Shown here piece after piece: positions 1-8,456 of a DNA stretch of 40,266 nt. Both the position numbers and the translations under genes were made by a program. The stretch is from the IMG/VR virus record IMGVR_UViG_3300048898_000030, positions 1 through 40,266 of that record. The stretch is one strand, 5' to 3'. The DNA is from a virus. Taxonomy: Duplodnaviria > Caudoviricetes. The notes below the pieces were generated by a model. That model was not told the DNA's origin. It did no database searches and saw nothing but the letters and a program-made list of their open reading frames with translations. Numbering within the stretch: position 1 is the stretch's first letter; the number at the start of each line of letters is the position of its first letter.

Positions 1-157
1 CCGAGCTGGCCTCGGCCGTGGCGTTCCTAAAAATCCCAGGAGGAGGAGCTTGCGCTACTCTTGGCATAATGCCCTGGCTTCCCGTCTCTTTTGTTTATAA
101 CGGAGATCTCGTTCGCGGTACTCGGCTTTATGTGCGATATAATAAGCGCGCACTGTT
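1..157. repeat. Terminal direct repeat, left copy (circular overlap)
   Basis: 1-157 matches 40110-40266 except T127 vs C40236, a synonymous AAA/AAG change in the HNH ORF. Confidence 0.95.
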
Positions 158-570
158 GCAGGGTTCCGTCGGTAGCGTGCCTCCTGTTTAATACGAGTGC
201 ATAAGCGACAAGCTCGCCGGCCACCTATTGTAATATAAGTGTTGTCATGTGAGTATTCGTGCCCTTGCGGACAGTGGGTCTTTTTGGATTGCCCATTGCG
301 CCCCTTGGCAGACATATCCCGATTGTTATCGGCATTCGTGCCAAGGAATAAGTGCTCCGGGTTGCAGCACAACCTTACATCGCACCGATGACATATAGAT
401 AATCCGGCTGGAATGGGACCATTAACCTCTTCCCAGGCCAACCGATGCACGGACTTACCACGAAGCCTGCCATACCCAGATCTGACATAACCCTCCCATA
501 GCCAACACCCAGACCAGGGCACGGGAATTGTGTGATCTCTCCAATGTTCGATGCGCTTACGTTCTGGCAT
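55..570 (-). CDS. Free-standing HNH homing endonuclease
   Basis: SGCWLWEG...GYG...HRLAW...ICHRCDVRLCCNPEHLFLGTNADNNRD; followed by a KTHCPQGHEY...CRLC Zn motif; lower GC. Confidence 0.9.
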   Translation of the reverse strand: MPERKRIEHWRDHTIPVPWSGCWLWEGYVRSGYGRLRGKSVHRLAWEEVNGPIPAGLSICHRCDVRLCCNPEHLFLGTNADNNRDMSAKGRNGQSKKTHCPQGHEYSHDNTYITIGGRRACRLCTRIKQEARYRRNPATVRAYYIAHKAEYRERDLRYKQKRREARALCQE

Positions 571-572
571 TG

Positions 573-1637
573 CTAATGCATACCCCTAGCAGGGGCACTC
601 AACAAGCGTGGCGAACGTGCCGGGGCAAGGATGGCCCGCAACTGTGCCAATTCCTCGCGGATGGCGGTAAGCTCGTCGCGCCCCTCGATGGTCGGCGCGA
701 CCTCGCCCACGGCATGCGTCACCGCCTGCTGACCGGCATAGATGATCTTAGTGATGACGAGAACGGGCTGCATCAGGCTGTACAGCGTGCCGCCGCCGCC
801 GAGGTTGATGGTATGGGTATGGCTGCCGTCGGGATTGATCGTGTGCGTATGATCGCCAACGACCGAGACATTATGCGCGTGGCTGCCGTCAAGCGTGATC
901 TGATGGGCGTGCGAAGCGCTTTCGGTGCCGGTGGTGAAGTTGTGCTGATGCGCGCCATCAGTGCTGGTGACGGTATTGCCGCCTACCGAAAACGGCCCGG
1001 TACCAAGCGCCGCCGACCCTGTGGTGAAAAACCCGCCGACGGTGTGGTTGTGACTGCCCTGCGCATCGGTGACGCCGGAGTGGGTGTGCAGCGCGCTCTC
1101 GGTCAGCGTCGCCCCGCCATGGCTGTGGCTACCCTGCGTGTCCATCGTGTGACCGTGGCTGCCCGCACCCACCGTAGCCCCACCGTGGCTGTGCGTGCCG
1201 GCCGCCGTGACGGTGAGCGCGTAGTTGGGCAGATGTGTTTGCAGGATCTGGTTCGACAGCCAGCCAAGCTGCTGCGCGAAGGTCAGCGACAGCGTGGTGC
1301 CGTTCGGGTCGGTGACGGTGCCAGGACCGACCAGCGCGCGGCCCTGGACCTTGGGCAGAGCGAACGTGGTGGAACCGTCGCCCGCCCCCCAGTAGGTGCC
1401 CAGGACGGCAAACAGCGCGGCGTAGGTCACACGCGAGACCAACCGGCCATCGCAAACAAGATAACCGGGAGGAGGAGTGGGACCAGCGTAGTCGATGATG
1501 CTGCCAATCGGCATTGCCATACTCAGAAGCTGGTCAATCGCGTCCCAATTCGCGTTAGTTTTACTACCCCATGTGTCACGAGAGGCACCAATTTCCGGTT
1601 TCACGAGAGCCAAGTTGGCTGTAAAAGTGTCTGGCAT
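573..1637 (-). CDS. Tail fibre with tail-collar domain and His-x-His needle
   Basis: Collar motif PIGSIIDYAG..PPGYLVCDG...YAALFAVLG..WG.GDGSTTFALP; ten HxH motifs. Confidence 0.88.
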   Translation of the reverse strand: MPDTFTANLALVKPEIGASRDTWGSKTNANWDAIDQLLSMAMPIGSIIDYAGPTPPPGYLVCDGRLVSRVTYAALFAVLGTYWGAGDGSTTFALPKVQGRALVGPGTVTDPNGTTLSLTFAQQLGWLSNQILQTHLPNYALTVTAAGTHSHGGATVGAGSHGHTMDTQGSHSHGGATLTESALHTHSGVTDAQGSHNHTVGGFFTTGSAALGTGPFSVGGNTVTSTDGAHQHNFTTGTESASHAHQITLDGSHAHNVSVVGDHTHTINPDGSHTHTINLGGGGTLYSLMQPVLVITKIIYAGQQAVTHAVGEVAPTIEGRDELTAIREELAQLRAILAPARSPRLLSAPARGMH

Positions 1638-1654
1638 TGTTAGTTCCCGTGCGC

Positions 1655-1745
1655 TAGAAACGGAACGGCAGCGGTGTAACCAGCACCGCTGCCATTCCTA
1701 ACCAACGATCCTGAACGGAGGACCGCATGGCTAATTTCAAGGGTA
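1655..1745 (+). promoter_or_regulatory. Structured leader, copy 1 (hairpin-CTAACC-RBS hairpin)
   Basis: Stem 1662-1676/1684-1698; CTAACC 1698-1703; CGATCCT 1706-1712 pairs with AGGACCG 1719-1725 over the SD; ATG 1727. Confidence 0.65.
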
Positions 1746-2242
1746 ACGCAGAACGCTACCGTCCACAGCAAAATGCTTATAAAAAGCAATGGCTCGCTCG
1801 GCAGCCCCCAACTTCCAGCGTCCGTAGTTACAAATTGAGCGCTGAACAGAGGGCTAAGAAGGCCGAATACCAGCGCAAATGGCGCACAGCAAACAGGGCA
1901 AAAGTTAACGAAGCCCAGCGCAAGGGGTACGCCGCAAAAGGAAAGCACACTTACGCGCACAAGACCCGTAAGGCACTTCTCAAGCATAATCACATCCGTA
2001 ATCTTGAACTGTTGGCTGCCCGGCAAAAACCAGACCGCTGCGATGCCTGCGGTGGCGCCAAAGGCGGGATTGTATTCGATCATTGCCACAGAACGCTCAA
2101 CTTTAGAGGCTGGCTTTGCAATGGCTGCAATCGAGCCCTCGGGTTCGTAAATGACGATGCTCCCCGCCTTAGAATGCTTGCGGCTTACGTGGAGCGGACA
2201 AAGAATGGACAAGGGGCTCAACTTAACATTCCCGGCATTTAA
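1727..2242 (+). CDS. Endonuclease VII-family free-standing endonuclease, antisense to the late operon
   Basis: CDACG...FDHCH...FRGWLCNGCNRALG motif; GGAGG SD. Confidence 0.88.
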   Translation: MANFKGNAERYRPQQNAYKKQWLARQPPTSSVRSYKLSAEQRAKKAEYQRKWRTANRAKVNEAQRKGYAAKGKHTYAHKTRKALLKHNHIRNLELLAARQKPDRCDACGGAKGGIVFDHCHRTLNFRGWLCNGCNRALGFVNDDAPRLRMLAAYVERTKNGQGAQLNIPGI

Positions 2243-2559
2243 CGGACACCAGCCGGCGGGTGGTTGGCATCGTTGGTAACGCCGGTCGGCGTGTCGGAGG
2301 AGTCGTCCGTAACGGTAACGAACCATGTCGCGCTGGGATCGTAGGGTAGGATTATCCGCCACCCGGCAATGCCTTTGGTGCGCGAGTAGCCCATTCGCAT
2401 CACCCAGTCCCGGTACGTGCCGTAGGACGTGCCGGTGTGTGGGCGGTTGGTTTGCGGCGCGACGGGTGCTTGGAAACTATACACGATGCCGCCATTCGCC
2501 GCGCGCCACTGCGGATTCCCAGTTGGCGTGGTCGTCATCTGACCGGCTGTGCTGGCCAT
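2239..2559 (-). CDS. Hypothetical tail-module protein
   Basis: In late operon with a GGAGG SD and GC3-rich codons. Confidence 0.7.
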   Translation of the reverse strand: MASTAGQMTTTPTGNPQWRAANGGIVYSFQAPVAPQTNRPHTGTSYGTYRDWVMRMGYSRTKGIAGWRIILPYDPSATWFVTVTDDSSDTPTGVTNDANHPPAGVR

Positions 2560-2568
2560 TGCGGCCTC

Positions 2569-2766
2569 CTATGGCTCGGGATGGGGATCTGCGCCGTTGG
2601 CCCCGCCGGACACGCGCATCGGCGCGTCGTGCTCCATGCACTGCTGCTGGATGGCGGCGATCAGCGGCGCGGCGATCTTGTATGGCCCCTCGGCGATCAG
2701 GGCCATCAGCGTGTTCCACTCCTGCGCCCGGAGGGTGACGGCAATCGGGGTGCTGTTTTCGATCAT
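2569..2766 (-). CDS. Small protein after the tail spike (possible fibre chaperone)
   Basis: 65 aa, directly downstream of the fibre gene; function inferred from position. Confidence 0.6.
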   Translation of the reverse strand: MIENSTPIAVTLRAQEWNTLMALIAEGPYKIAAPLIAAIQQQCMEHDAPMRVSGGANGADPHPEP

Positions 2767-2769
2767 CGC

Positions 2770-5103
2770 CTACGCTCCGTCCACGCGGGTCCACTCGACC
2801 GTCGCCACCACGCGCCAGATCACCGCGTTGCCGGTGGGCGGCGTGAAGGTCAGGGAATAGCCGCCGTTGGTGGTGTCGGCGGCTTCTGTTACCGCTATGC
2901 CAGCAATCGTGCCGACGCCGCCCGACACAGGCGTGCCGAGGGGGGTGTATGTCGTCGTGCTTGCCGCACCGCTTCTTTTGAGCAGCCCGAGCGTCTGGCA
3001 CCAGGAATAGCTGTTGGCAGAGTTTGTGCTGTCGGTTGCCGACAGCAACACGGTCAGCGCCGAGCACTGATGCTGCGAAGTCGATGGCATATTAACAACA
3101 TTGATCGCGGAGGCTGCCAGCCCGTCGGCGGTTAGCCTCACCGGGGTCGTATTCGCCGCCGAAACACCCTTGAGTATCTGCTTGTTATTTTGCCCCCGGC
3201 GCCCGCTGGAAATGGTCCCGGCCGAATGGGCGACCAGTCCATATAAGTCGGCAACCGCATTCGTACCCATAGCGACACTGCAATATTGGCTCGCCGAGTT
3301 GCCAGCACCGCCGAGCACCGTCGATCCGATCCCTGAAGCGCTGTTGCCCGACCCGCCGATAATGGTGGCGTCCTGCGCTACCGATGTGATGGTGTTATTC
3401 TCGCCACCACTAATAGTGCTTTGCTGGCCAGCAGCCACCTGCGTCGCGGCAGTGCGCAGGAGTTGAAGATCGACGCTCAGGTTGCCGCGCGAATTGCCGC
3501 CCGCGATCGTGGCGTCAGGATATTGCGCGACAAGTGGCTGCACGCCGCCCGTCCAGGTCAGCACCGACTGATTATCGGCCTGGACAAAAGCCGTAGCCCC
3601 CACGCCTAGCGTGGGCAGGACTCCCGCATTCTGACGGTCGAGGAACAGCACGCGGCATCCGATCGCCGCGCTGGTAAAACCACCCGTATTCGTCCCGGCG
3701 TATAGCCCGGCGTCACCGGTATGGTTGAATATATGCCACCTGGCACCGCCGTTGTTCGCATCCAGCGTGCCATTGCAAATCAGCAACCGGCCAGCCCCCG
3801 CCCCGATCTTCTGGCCGATCAGACTGTCGTGGAAGTTGTGGTCGGAGTTGTTGCAGACCACGCCGTGGCCGTTGTTGTAGAGCAGGTCGATGTCATCGAA
3901 CCAGTTAAGGCTGGTGTTGCCGAAATGAGTGCCGCCACTGCCACCCACGACGCCGGACCCGCCGATAAACACCAGCGGCGCTGTCGCAAATGCTGCCCCC
4001 AGCAGGGCAACGCCGGCGAACCGCACGCGAAGGAACTGCGTATCGTTGCTGTCCTGCAGACTGTCCACCACGTCGAAGCGGATGCCCTCGCCGCCGATGG
4101 TCACCGTCTCGGTGGCGCTGGCTATAGCCTGCATCGAAGCATTGAAGTGCGTTGCATCGGTGATAGATGCGACATAGGCACCGCCGGGTAGATTGGTGCT
4201 AACCACGCTCTCACCGAGGCGCAGGCCGGCCGTGGACGATACCGTGACGGTTGTCGATCCGGCTGTCAGCGTCGCGCCGGTATAGGGGATACCGGCTGGC
4301 TCGTACGTGGAGCACTCGATGCGCGCGCGTCGCGTGCTGGCGATCAGCGGCCCGGCGGCCCCCGCAATGCCGCCGCAGTAGAACAGGATGCCACGGACGT
4401 TGGTGCCGGACAGCAGCCGCAGGCCGTCGATCGGCGCGACAGTCAGCATGTTGACCTGGAACTGCCCGGCGGTGCGCGCAGCGCCGGTCCAGGTCAGCCG
4501 CGTTGGCGCCGATGGCGTGGAGCGGGCAACATTGGAGTTCACCAGGAACTCGGCGCCCGCGCTCTCCAGCGACACGTTCTGTTTGCTGATACTAAGCGGC
4601 TGATTAATCCGTCCGTTGCCGTTTGGCAGCATGACCGTGCCGCCATAACTGTAGTTGGTCACTCGCGACTGGCATAGATTGATCGCCGCCTGAACGGCCA
4701 CGCCGTCGATTTCGTCGGTCAGCGCTACGGCGTGCGGATACACCGCCTGCGCGGCGGCGAGGGTAGGATAATACGCCGAGAGCGGGTGCGAGTTGCCGTC
4801 GAACACCGCACCGAAGTCACGGACGTTCACCACGTCGGCGAAGCGGTTGGCAATCGTGCGTGAGGCCATGCTGCCGGTAGCTATGGCGGTTGACGTGCTA
4901 AGTGGCGCGGTCACCGGCCCCGCCACGGTGCCGCCGGTGGCCAGCGGCAGGAAAGGGCCGCCGGACAGCCCATCGCCATGCTGCTTCAGCGTGGCATCAA
5001 GCGTATCAGCATTGATGTTCCAATGATTGCCCCACTGATCGCCATCAGCGTTCACGGTCGGCTTATAGAGGCTGTAATTGGGCGTCAGCGTATAGTCGCT
5101 CAT
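2770..5103 (-). CDS. Tail spike/fibre, probable beta-helix receptor-binding protein
   Basis: Start re-assigned to ATG 5103 (MSDYTLTPNY); VNVRDFGA.FDG...AVQAAIN motif typical of pectate-lyase-like spikes; S.ISGG.NN repeats near the C-terminus. Confidence 0.8.
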   Translation of the reverse strand: MSDYTLTPNYSLYKPTVNADGDQWGNHWNINADTLDATLKQHGDGLSGGPFLPLATGGTVAGPVTAPLSTSTAIATGSMASRTIANRFADVVNVRDFGAVFDGNSHPLSAYYPTLAAAQAVYPHAVALTDEIDGVAVQAAINLCQSRVTNYSYGGTVMLPNGNGRINQPLSISKQNVSLESAGAEFLVNSNVARSTPSAPTRLTWTGAARTAGQFQVNMLTVAPIDGLRLLSGTNVRGILFYCGGIAGAAGPLIASTRRARIECSTYEPAGIPYTGATLTAGSTTVTVSSTAGLRLGESVVSTNLPGGAYVASITDATHFNASMQAIASATETVTIGGEGIRFDVVDSLQDSNDTQFLRVRFAGVALLGAAFATAPLVFIGGSGVVGGSGGTHFGNTSLNWFDDIDLLYNNGHGVVCNNSDHNFHDSLIGQKIGAGAGRLLICNGTLDANNGGARWHIFNHTGDAGLYAGTNTGGFTSAAIGCRVLFLDRQNAGVLPTLGVGATAFVQADNQSVLTWTGGVQPLVAQYPDATIAGGNSRGNLSVDLQLLRTAATQVAAGQQSTISGGENNTITSVAQDATIIGGSGNSASGIGSTVLGGAGNSASQYCSVAMGTNAVADLYGLVAHSAGTISSGRRGQNNKQILKGVSAANTTPVRLTADGLAASAINVVNMPSTSQHQCSALTVLLSATDSTNSANSYSWCQTLGLLKRSGAASTTTYTPLGTPVSGGVGTIAGIAVTEAADTTNGGYSLTFTPPTGNAVIWRVVATVEWTRVDGA

Positions 5104-5324
5104 GCCGCCAACTCCAGTTGGTCGTTGGGTGGCTGCGCTGGCAGCGAGGTCAGCGTCCAAGTGCCGGCGCTGCACATCTGCGTCGGCTGTTGCCAGGTGC
5201 GGATCAGCGTGGCCGCTTCGGCGCCGAACGCGACCTGGGCCAGGCCGCCGATCTCGTAGGTGCGGTATGTGGCATAGACCGACGCGCCATACGGGCCGCG
5301 ACCATAGGGGCGTGGCGTTGCCAT
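5100..5324 (-). CDS. Small tail-module protein
   Basis: ATG 5324 coupled to the upstream stop; PYGRGPYG motif. Confidence 0.65.
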   Translation of the reverse strand: MATPRPYGRGPYGASVYATYRTYEIGGLAQVAFGAEAATLIRTWQQPTQMCSAGTWTLTSLPAQPPNDQLELAA

Positions 5325-7039
5325 CAGGGTGCGACGCTCGGGGTGACGGTGCCGGCGCAGCGCATGTTGCCGGAGGCGTCTACCGACCATTTCGCGACGC
5401 CGGATACGGCAAAGACCAGCTTGCCGCTTGCGTTGTCGTAGGACAGCGTGCGCGTGCCTGCGGTGTCGAATGCGATGTGATGCCCATCGGCCAGCCAGAT
5501 CGCATGCCCACCAGCCTGTTGCACCGCGAACTCGGTGGAGAACGCCGCCTTGAGGAACGGCCCATACGCCGCATAGTTCCGGCGGAAGCTGGTGCCCGGC
5601 AAATCGGCGCTCGGCCCAACCCGCACGCCCCAGCCGATCACCGCATTAGTCCCACCGGCAACAGCCTTCGCGCCGACCACATCAACGACAACGCGCACGC
5701 CCTGATTGCCGGGAACGTCAGCGCTGCCCGCGCCGCCATCGTCGTCGTCGTTGGCGAGGACATCGAACTCGACACCGATCGAGGATATACCGGACAGGCT
5801 CGACTTCAGGCCGGTGTTGTCGGTGGCCGAGATGTTTCCGCCAAACGAAGCATGATTTCGCCCGGTCGGGCTGACGACGGAATACCCTGTGACCGCGACG
5901 AGGTTGCCGCCGGACGGCTTGGTGCTGGTGATGACTGCCGCGACGCCGAGCGTATCCTCCAGTGCCGATGACGTTGGCGTGGCGTTGATTCGCAGCGCCG
6001 TGACGGTGTTATGCGCCACGCCACCGGTATGGTTCACCGTGCTGTCGATGCGGACAACCGGAGCGAGAAACCCGGTCGCGGTATTGCTGCGGGCGAAATA
6101 CTTGGACCCGACAAAGCTCTCTACGATGTCGGTACCCATGCCCACGACAGGCGTGGTACCGGAACTACCGACATAGTTGCCGTCATAGCGCCACAGCACG
6201 GGCGTTGTCGGGCCGCCGGTCGGCGCCGTGTTGACGAACTGGCGCCCGCGCGGAACAACAATAGTGCCGTAGTCGGCAGCCGCAGCGCGTGCCGCCGCCC
6301 AGGCCGCCGTGTCGTTGGTGGTGCCGTTCAGTACGGCGCCGAAGTCCGTGACATTGATCCAGTCGTGCGCGCGGTCCTGCGCCGAGCGCGACGTTGTGCC
6401 GCCGGTTGCGGTGTAGTTGAGCGGCCCCAGCATCGTCCCGCCCGACAGCGGCAGGAAACCCGGCCCACCACCACTGCCGCTATGCGCGTCCACGTAGCCC
6501 TTGGTGGCAGCCTGCAGAGCGTCGGTGGGATCTCCGGCCAAATACACCGGCCCGGTCAGGGTACCGCCCGCAAGCGGCAGATACGCCCCGATACTGGCCG
6601 TGCCGCCTGAGCCTGTGGCCGCCTGAACGCCCAGCGTGCCAGCCGAGAACCGCACGATATCGCCGGCCGACACCGTGATGGTCAGCGGCGTGGTGAAGTC
6701 AGCCGGATCGACCAACTGGCCCCAGTACAGCCGGTTGCCGCCCGCCGCCGCGTCCCACAACTCAAAGAACCCGACCACGCCCCACGAGGACGTAGCCTGC
6801 TGGAACTCGATGGACGTGGTGTTGGCGGCGATGTTGGACGGCCCGGAGATCAGCGCGAAGGTGGCTGGTGTGCGGACATAGCCGCCGCCCGACGCCTCCA
6901 GCCCGCGCACCGTCTCGGACGGCGGTTGCGCGGCCAGGCACAGTGCCACATACACCTGCGTCGGCGAGGCCATCGGCGCGAAGCCCAGGCTGTGGCCGAG
7001 TAGGGCCTGCTCAAGACCGATGCTGGCGCTGCCGTCCAT
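5324..7039 (-). CDS. Tail fibre protein
   Basis: N-terminal EASGGGYVR...WG....LWDAAAGGNRL domain; LPLxGGTxxG repeats; AATKGYVD; INVTDFGA. Confidence 0.8.
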   Translation of the reverse strand: MDGSASIGLEQALLGHSLGFAPMASPTQVYVALCLAAQPPSETVRGLEASGGGYVRTPATFALISGPSNIAANTTSIEFQQATSSWGVVGFFELWDAAAGGNRLYWGQLVDPADFTTPLTITVSAGDIVRFSAGTLGVQAATGSGGTASIGAYLPLAGGTLTGPVYLAGDPTDALQAATKGYVDAHSGSGGGPGFLPLSGGTMLGPLNYTATGGTTSRSAQDRAHDWINVTDFGAVLNGTTNDTAAWAAARAAAADYGTIVVPRGRQFVNTAPTGGPTTPVLWRYDGNYVGSSGTTPVVGMGTDIVESFVGSKYFARSNTATGFLAPVVRIDSTVNHTGGVAHNTVTALRINATPTSSALEDTLGVAAVITSTKPSGGNLVAVTGYSVVSPTGRNHASFGGNISATDNTGLKSSLSGISSIGVEFDVLANDDDDGGAGSADVPGNQGVRVVVDVVGAKAVAGGTNAVIGWGVRVGPSADLPGTSFRRNYAAYGPFLKAAFSTEFAVQQAGGHAIWLADGHHIAFDTAGTRTLSYDNASGKLVFAVSGVAKWSVDASGNMRCAGTVTPSVAP

Positions 7040-7704
7040 CAGAACACCGTTGCCAACTCGCTACGATACGGCGCTCCGCTATAGTCGCTCTGCTGCTTGT
7101 GGAGGTCAGCAGCGGTGACTTCCTCCCGCCATTTCGCATCAGCTTGTTGCGCGCGGTCGTCGTCCAACTCGTACAGCGCGCCTTCCTTTATAACGCCCCA
7201 CAGATAGACGCCATACAACTGCTCAAGGATGACGTTGGTATCGGATGGCAGCAGCAGCGGCTTGGGGCGGGCGTAGTAGCCCATCATCGCCATCTGCGGT
7301 TTCCAGTTTGGGTCTGGCGGATCCGGAATGACGGGATGCGGCAACCACTCGATACAGTCATGCACCAGCCGGTACGCCGTGCATGGCTGGCCGAGGATGC
7401 TGCCCACCGCACCCTGCCACGCACTGGTCTGCGCGCCAGTCCAGTGTCCCGACCATTCGTCTAAGAGAACGAACAGCTCCCCGCTCGTCGCGTCGCGGAT
7501 GCTCTCCATGGTCGCGAAATCCGGCGGCAGCGAGATGTAGGCATTGTCGATCGGCTGGGTGACGGTCACCACCATGCAGCGTGCGCGCAGGTTCTGGGCG
7601 ATCTTGGTTTCGGTCATACGTACCCAGGTCGGCACGCGGTCCACGACATCGCGCCGGTTCAGGTAGCTTACGCAATCGTCCGAAAGCTGCTGCAGGCTGG
7701 CCAC
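7039..7704 (-). CDS. Head-tail adaptor (tail tubular A-like)
   Basis: LNR.D....P.W....E..I...LR, LP.DF, YYA....L..DTN..L..YLWG; position after the capsid gene. Confidence 0.75.
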   Translation of the reverse strand: MASLQQLSDDCVSYLNRRDVVDRVPTWVRMTETKIAQNLRARCMVVTVTQPIDNAYISLPPDFATMESIRDATSGELFVLLDEWSGHWTGAQTSAWQGAVGSILGQPCTAYRLVHDCIEWLPHPVIPDPPDPNWKPQMAMMGYYARPKPLLLPSDTNVILEQLYGVYLWGVIKEGALYELDDDRAQQADAKWREEVTAADLHKQQSDYSGAPYRSELATVF

Positions 7705-7707
7705 CGG

Positions 7708-8034
7708 TTAGTCCCGGCGAGGATGCGGCGTTGGCGTGGGTGTTGGCGTCGGGGTTTCGCCGGCCCCCAGCACCGGCTCCTGCTGCGAGGCAACCAGCGT
7801 CTGGCCGGCCTCGTAGGTGGCATTCCCGGCGGCGAGCGCGCAACTGCGCATGTCACCGGCCGAGGTGGCTTCGGGATAGAGGCGCACCAGCAGGATGGGA
7901 TCGATGTCCTCGATCAGCACCGGCTTTGCCGCCTCGACGGAGCCTGTCACGGGCGCCTTGCCCTGCATGCCGACACCGGGGGACGGACGCTGCCGAGGCG
8001 CGTCAGCGTGGTTCTCATGGGTTGCAAGGGCCAT
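7708..8034 (-). CDS. Hypothetical virion-module protein
   Basis: Translationally coupled ORF in the late operon. Confidence 0.6.
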   Translation of the reverse strand: MALATHENHADAPRQRPSPGVGMQGKAPVTGSVEAAKPVLIEDIDPILLVRLYPEATSAGDMRSCALAAGNATYEAGQTLVASQQEPVLGAGETPTPTPTPTPHPRRD

Positions 8035-8345
8035 CAGAGCGTACTCCTGTCATCGGTTCTGAACACGCAGTTGTCGGGGTCGTTGAGCCAGCGATTCAGC
8101 GCGGCCTCGTCCTTGGTGATCCCCAGGCGTTGCAGGTTCTGCCAGATCACCATCGGAATGCGCGCCACATGCACCGTGTCGCGCCGCACCAGCGGATCGA
8201 AGTTGGACGCAATCCGCTTGGCGCTCTCGACAATCGGCCGGGTGTTCTGCGAGTGGGTAAAGACCAACCCGGCATCGGTGTCGGTATCGACCTCGGTGGC
8301 GCGCAGCGTTACCGGGTCGTAGTTGGAATAAAGCAGATTACTCAT
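8034..8345 (-). CDS. Conserved-type phage protein downstream of capsid
   Basis: HVARIP.VI...WLNDPDN..FRT motif, often seen after podovirus capsid genes. Confidence 0.7.
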   Translation of the reverse strand: MSNLLYSNYDPVTLRATEVDTDTDAGLVFTHSQNTRPIVESAKRIASNFDPLVRRDTVHVARIPMVIWQNLQRLGITKDEAALNRWLNDPDNCVFRTDDRSTL

Positions 8346-8356
8346 TGCACATACCG

Positions 8357-8456
8357 TGCTATAAGCGGGGCACTGTCGGCTCGCGAAAGCCGGCAGGCCC
8401 CTAACCTCGATCCTGAAGGGAAGGACCGAAGGCTATGTCTCACATCGACGATATCA
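8357..8456 (+). promoter_or_regulatory. Structured leader, copy 2
   Basis: Extended -10 TGcTATAAG; stem 8367-8381/8388-8401; CTAACC 8401-8406; CGATCCT pairs with AGGACCG; ATG 8435. Confidence 0.65.

Noticed and set aside
528-1643. Long plus-strand ORF and similar antisense ORFs (5102-5971, 7581-8561, 36234-37049, 39274-40209)
   Set aside because: These are shadows of GC3-rich genes on the opposite strand, Arg/Ala-rich and without motifs.
573-7039. Diversity-generating retroelement or invertible tail-fibre switch
   Set aside because: No reverse transcriptase, invertase, template/variable repeat pair or flanking inverted repeats were seen.
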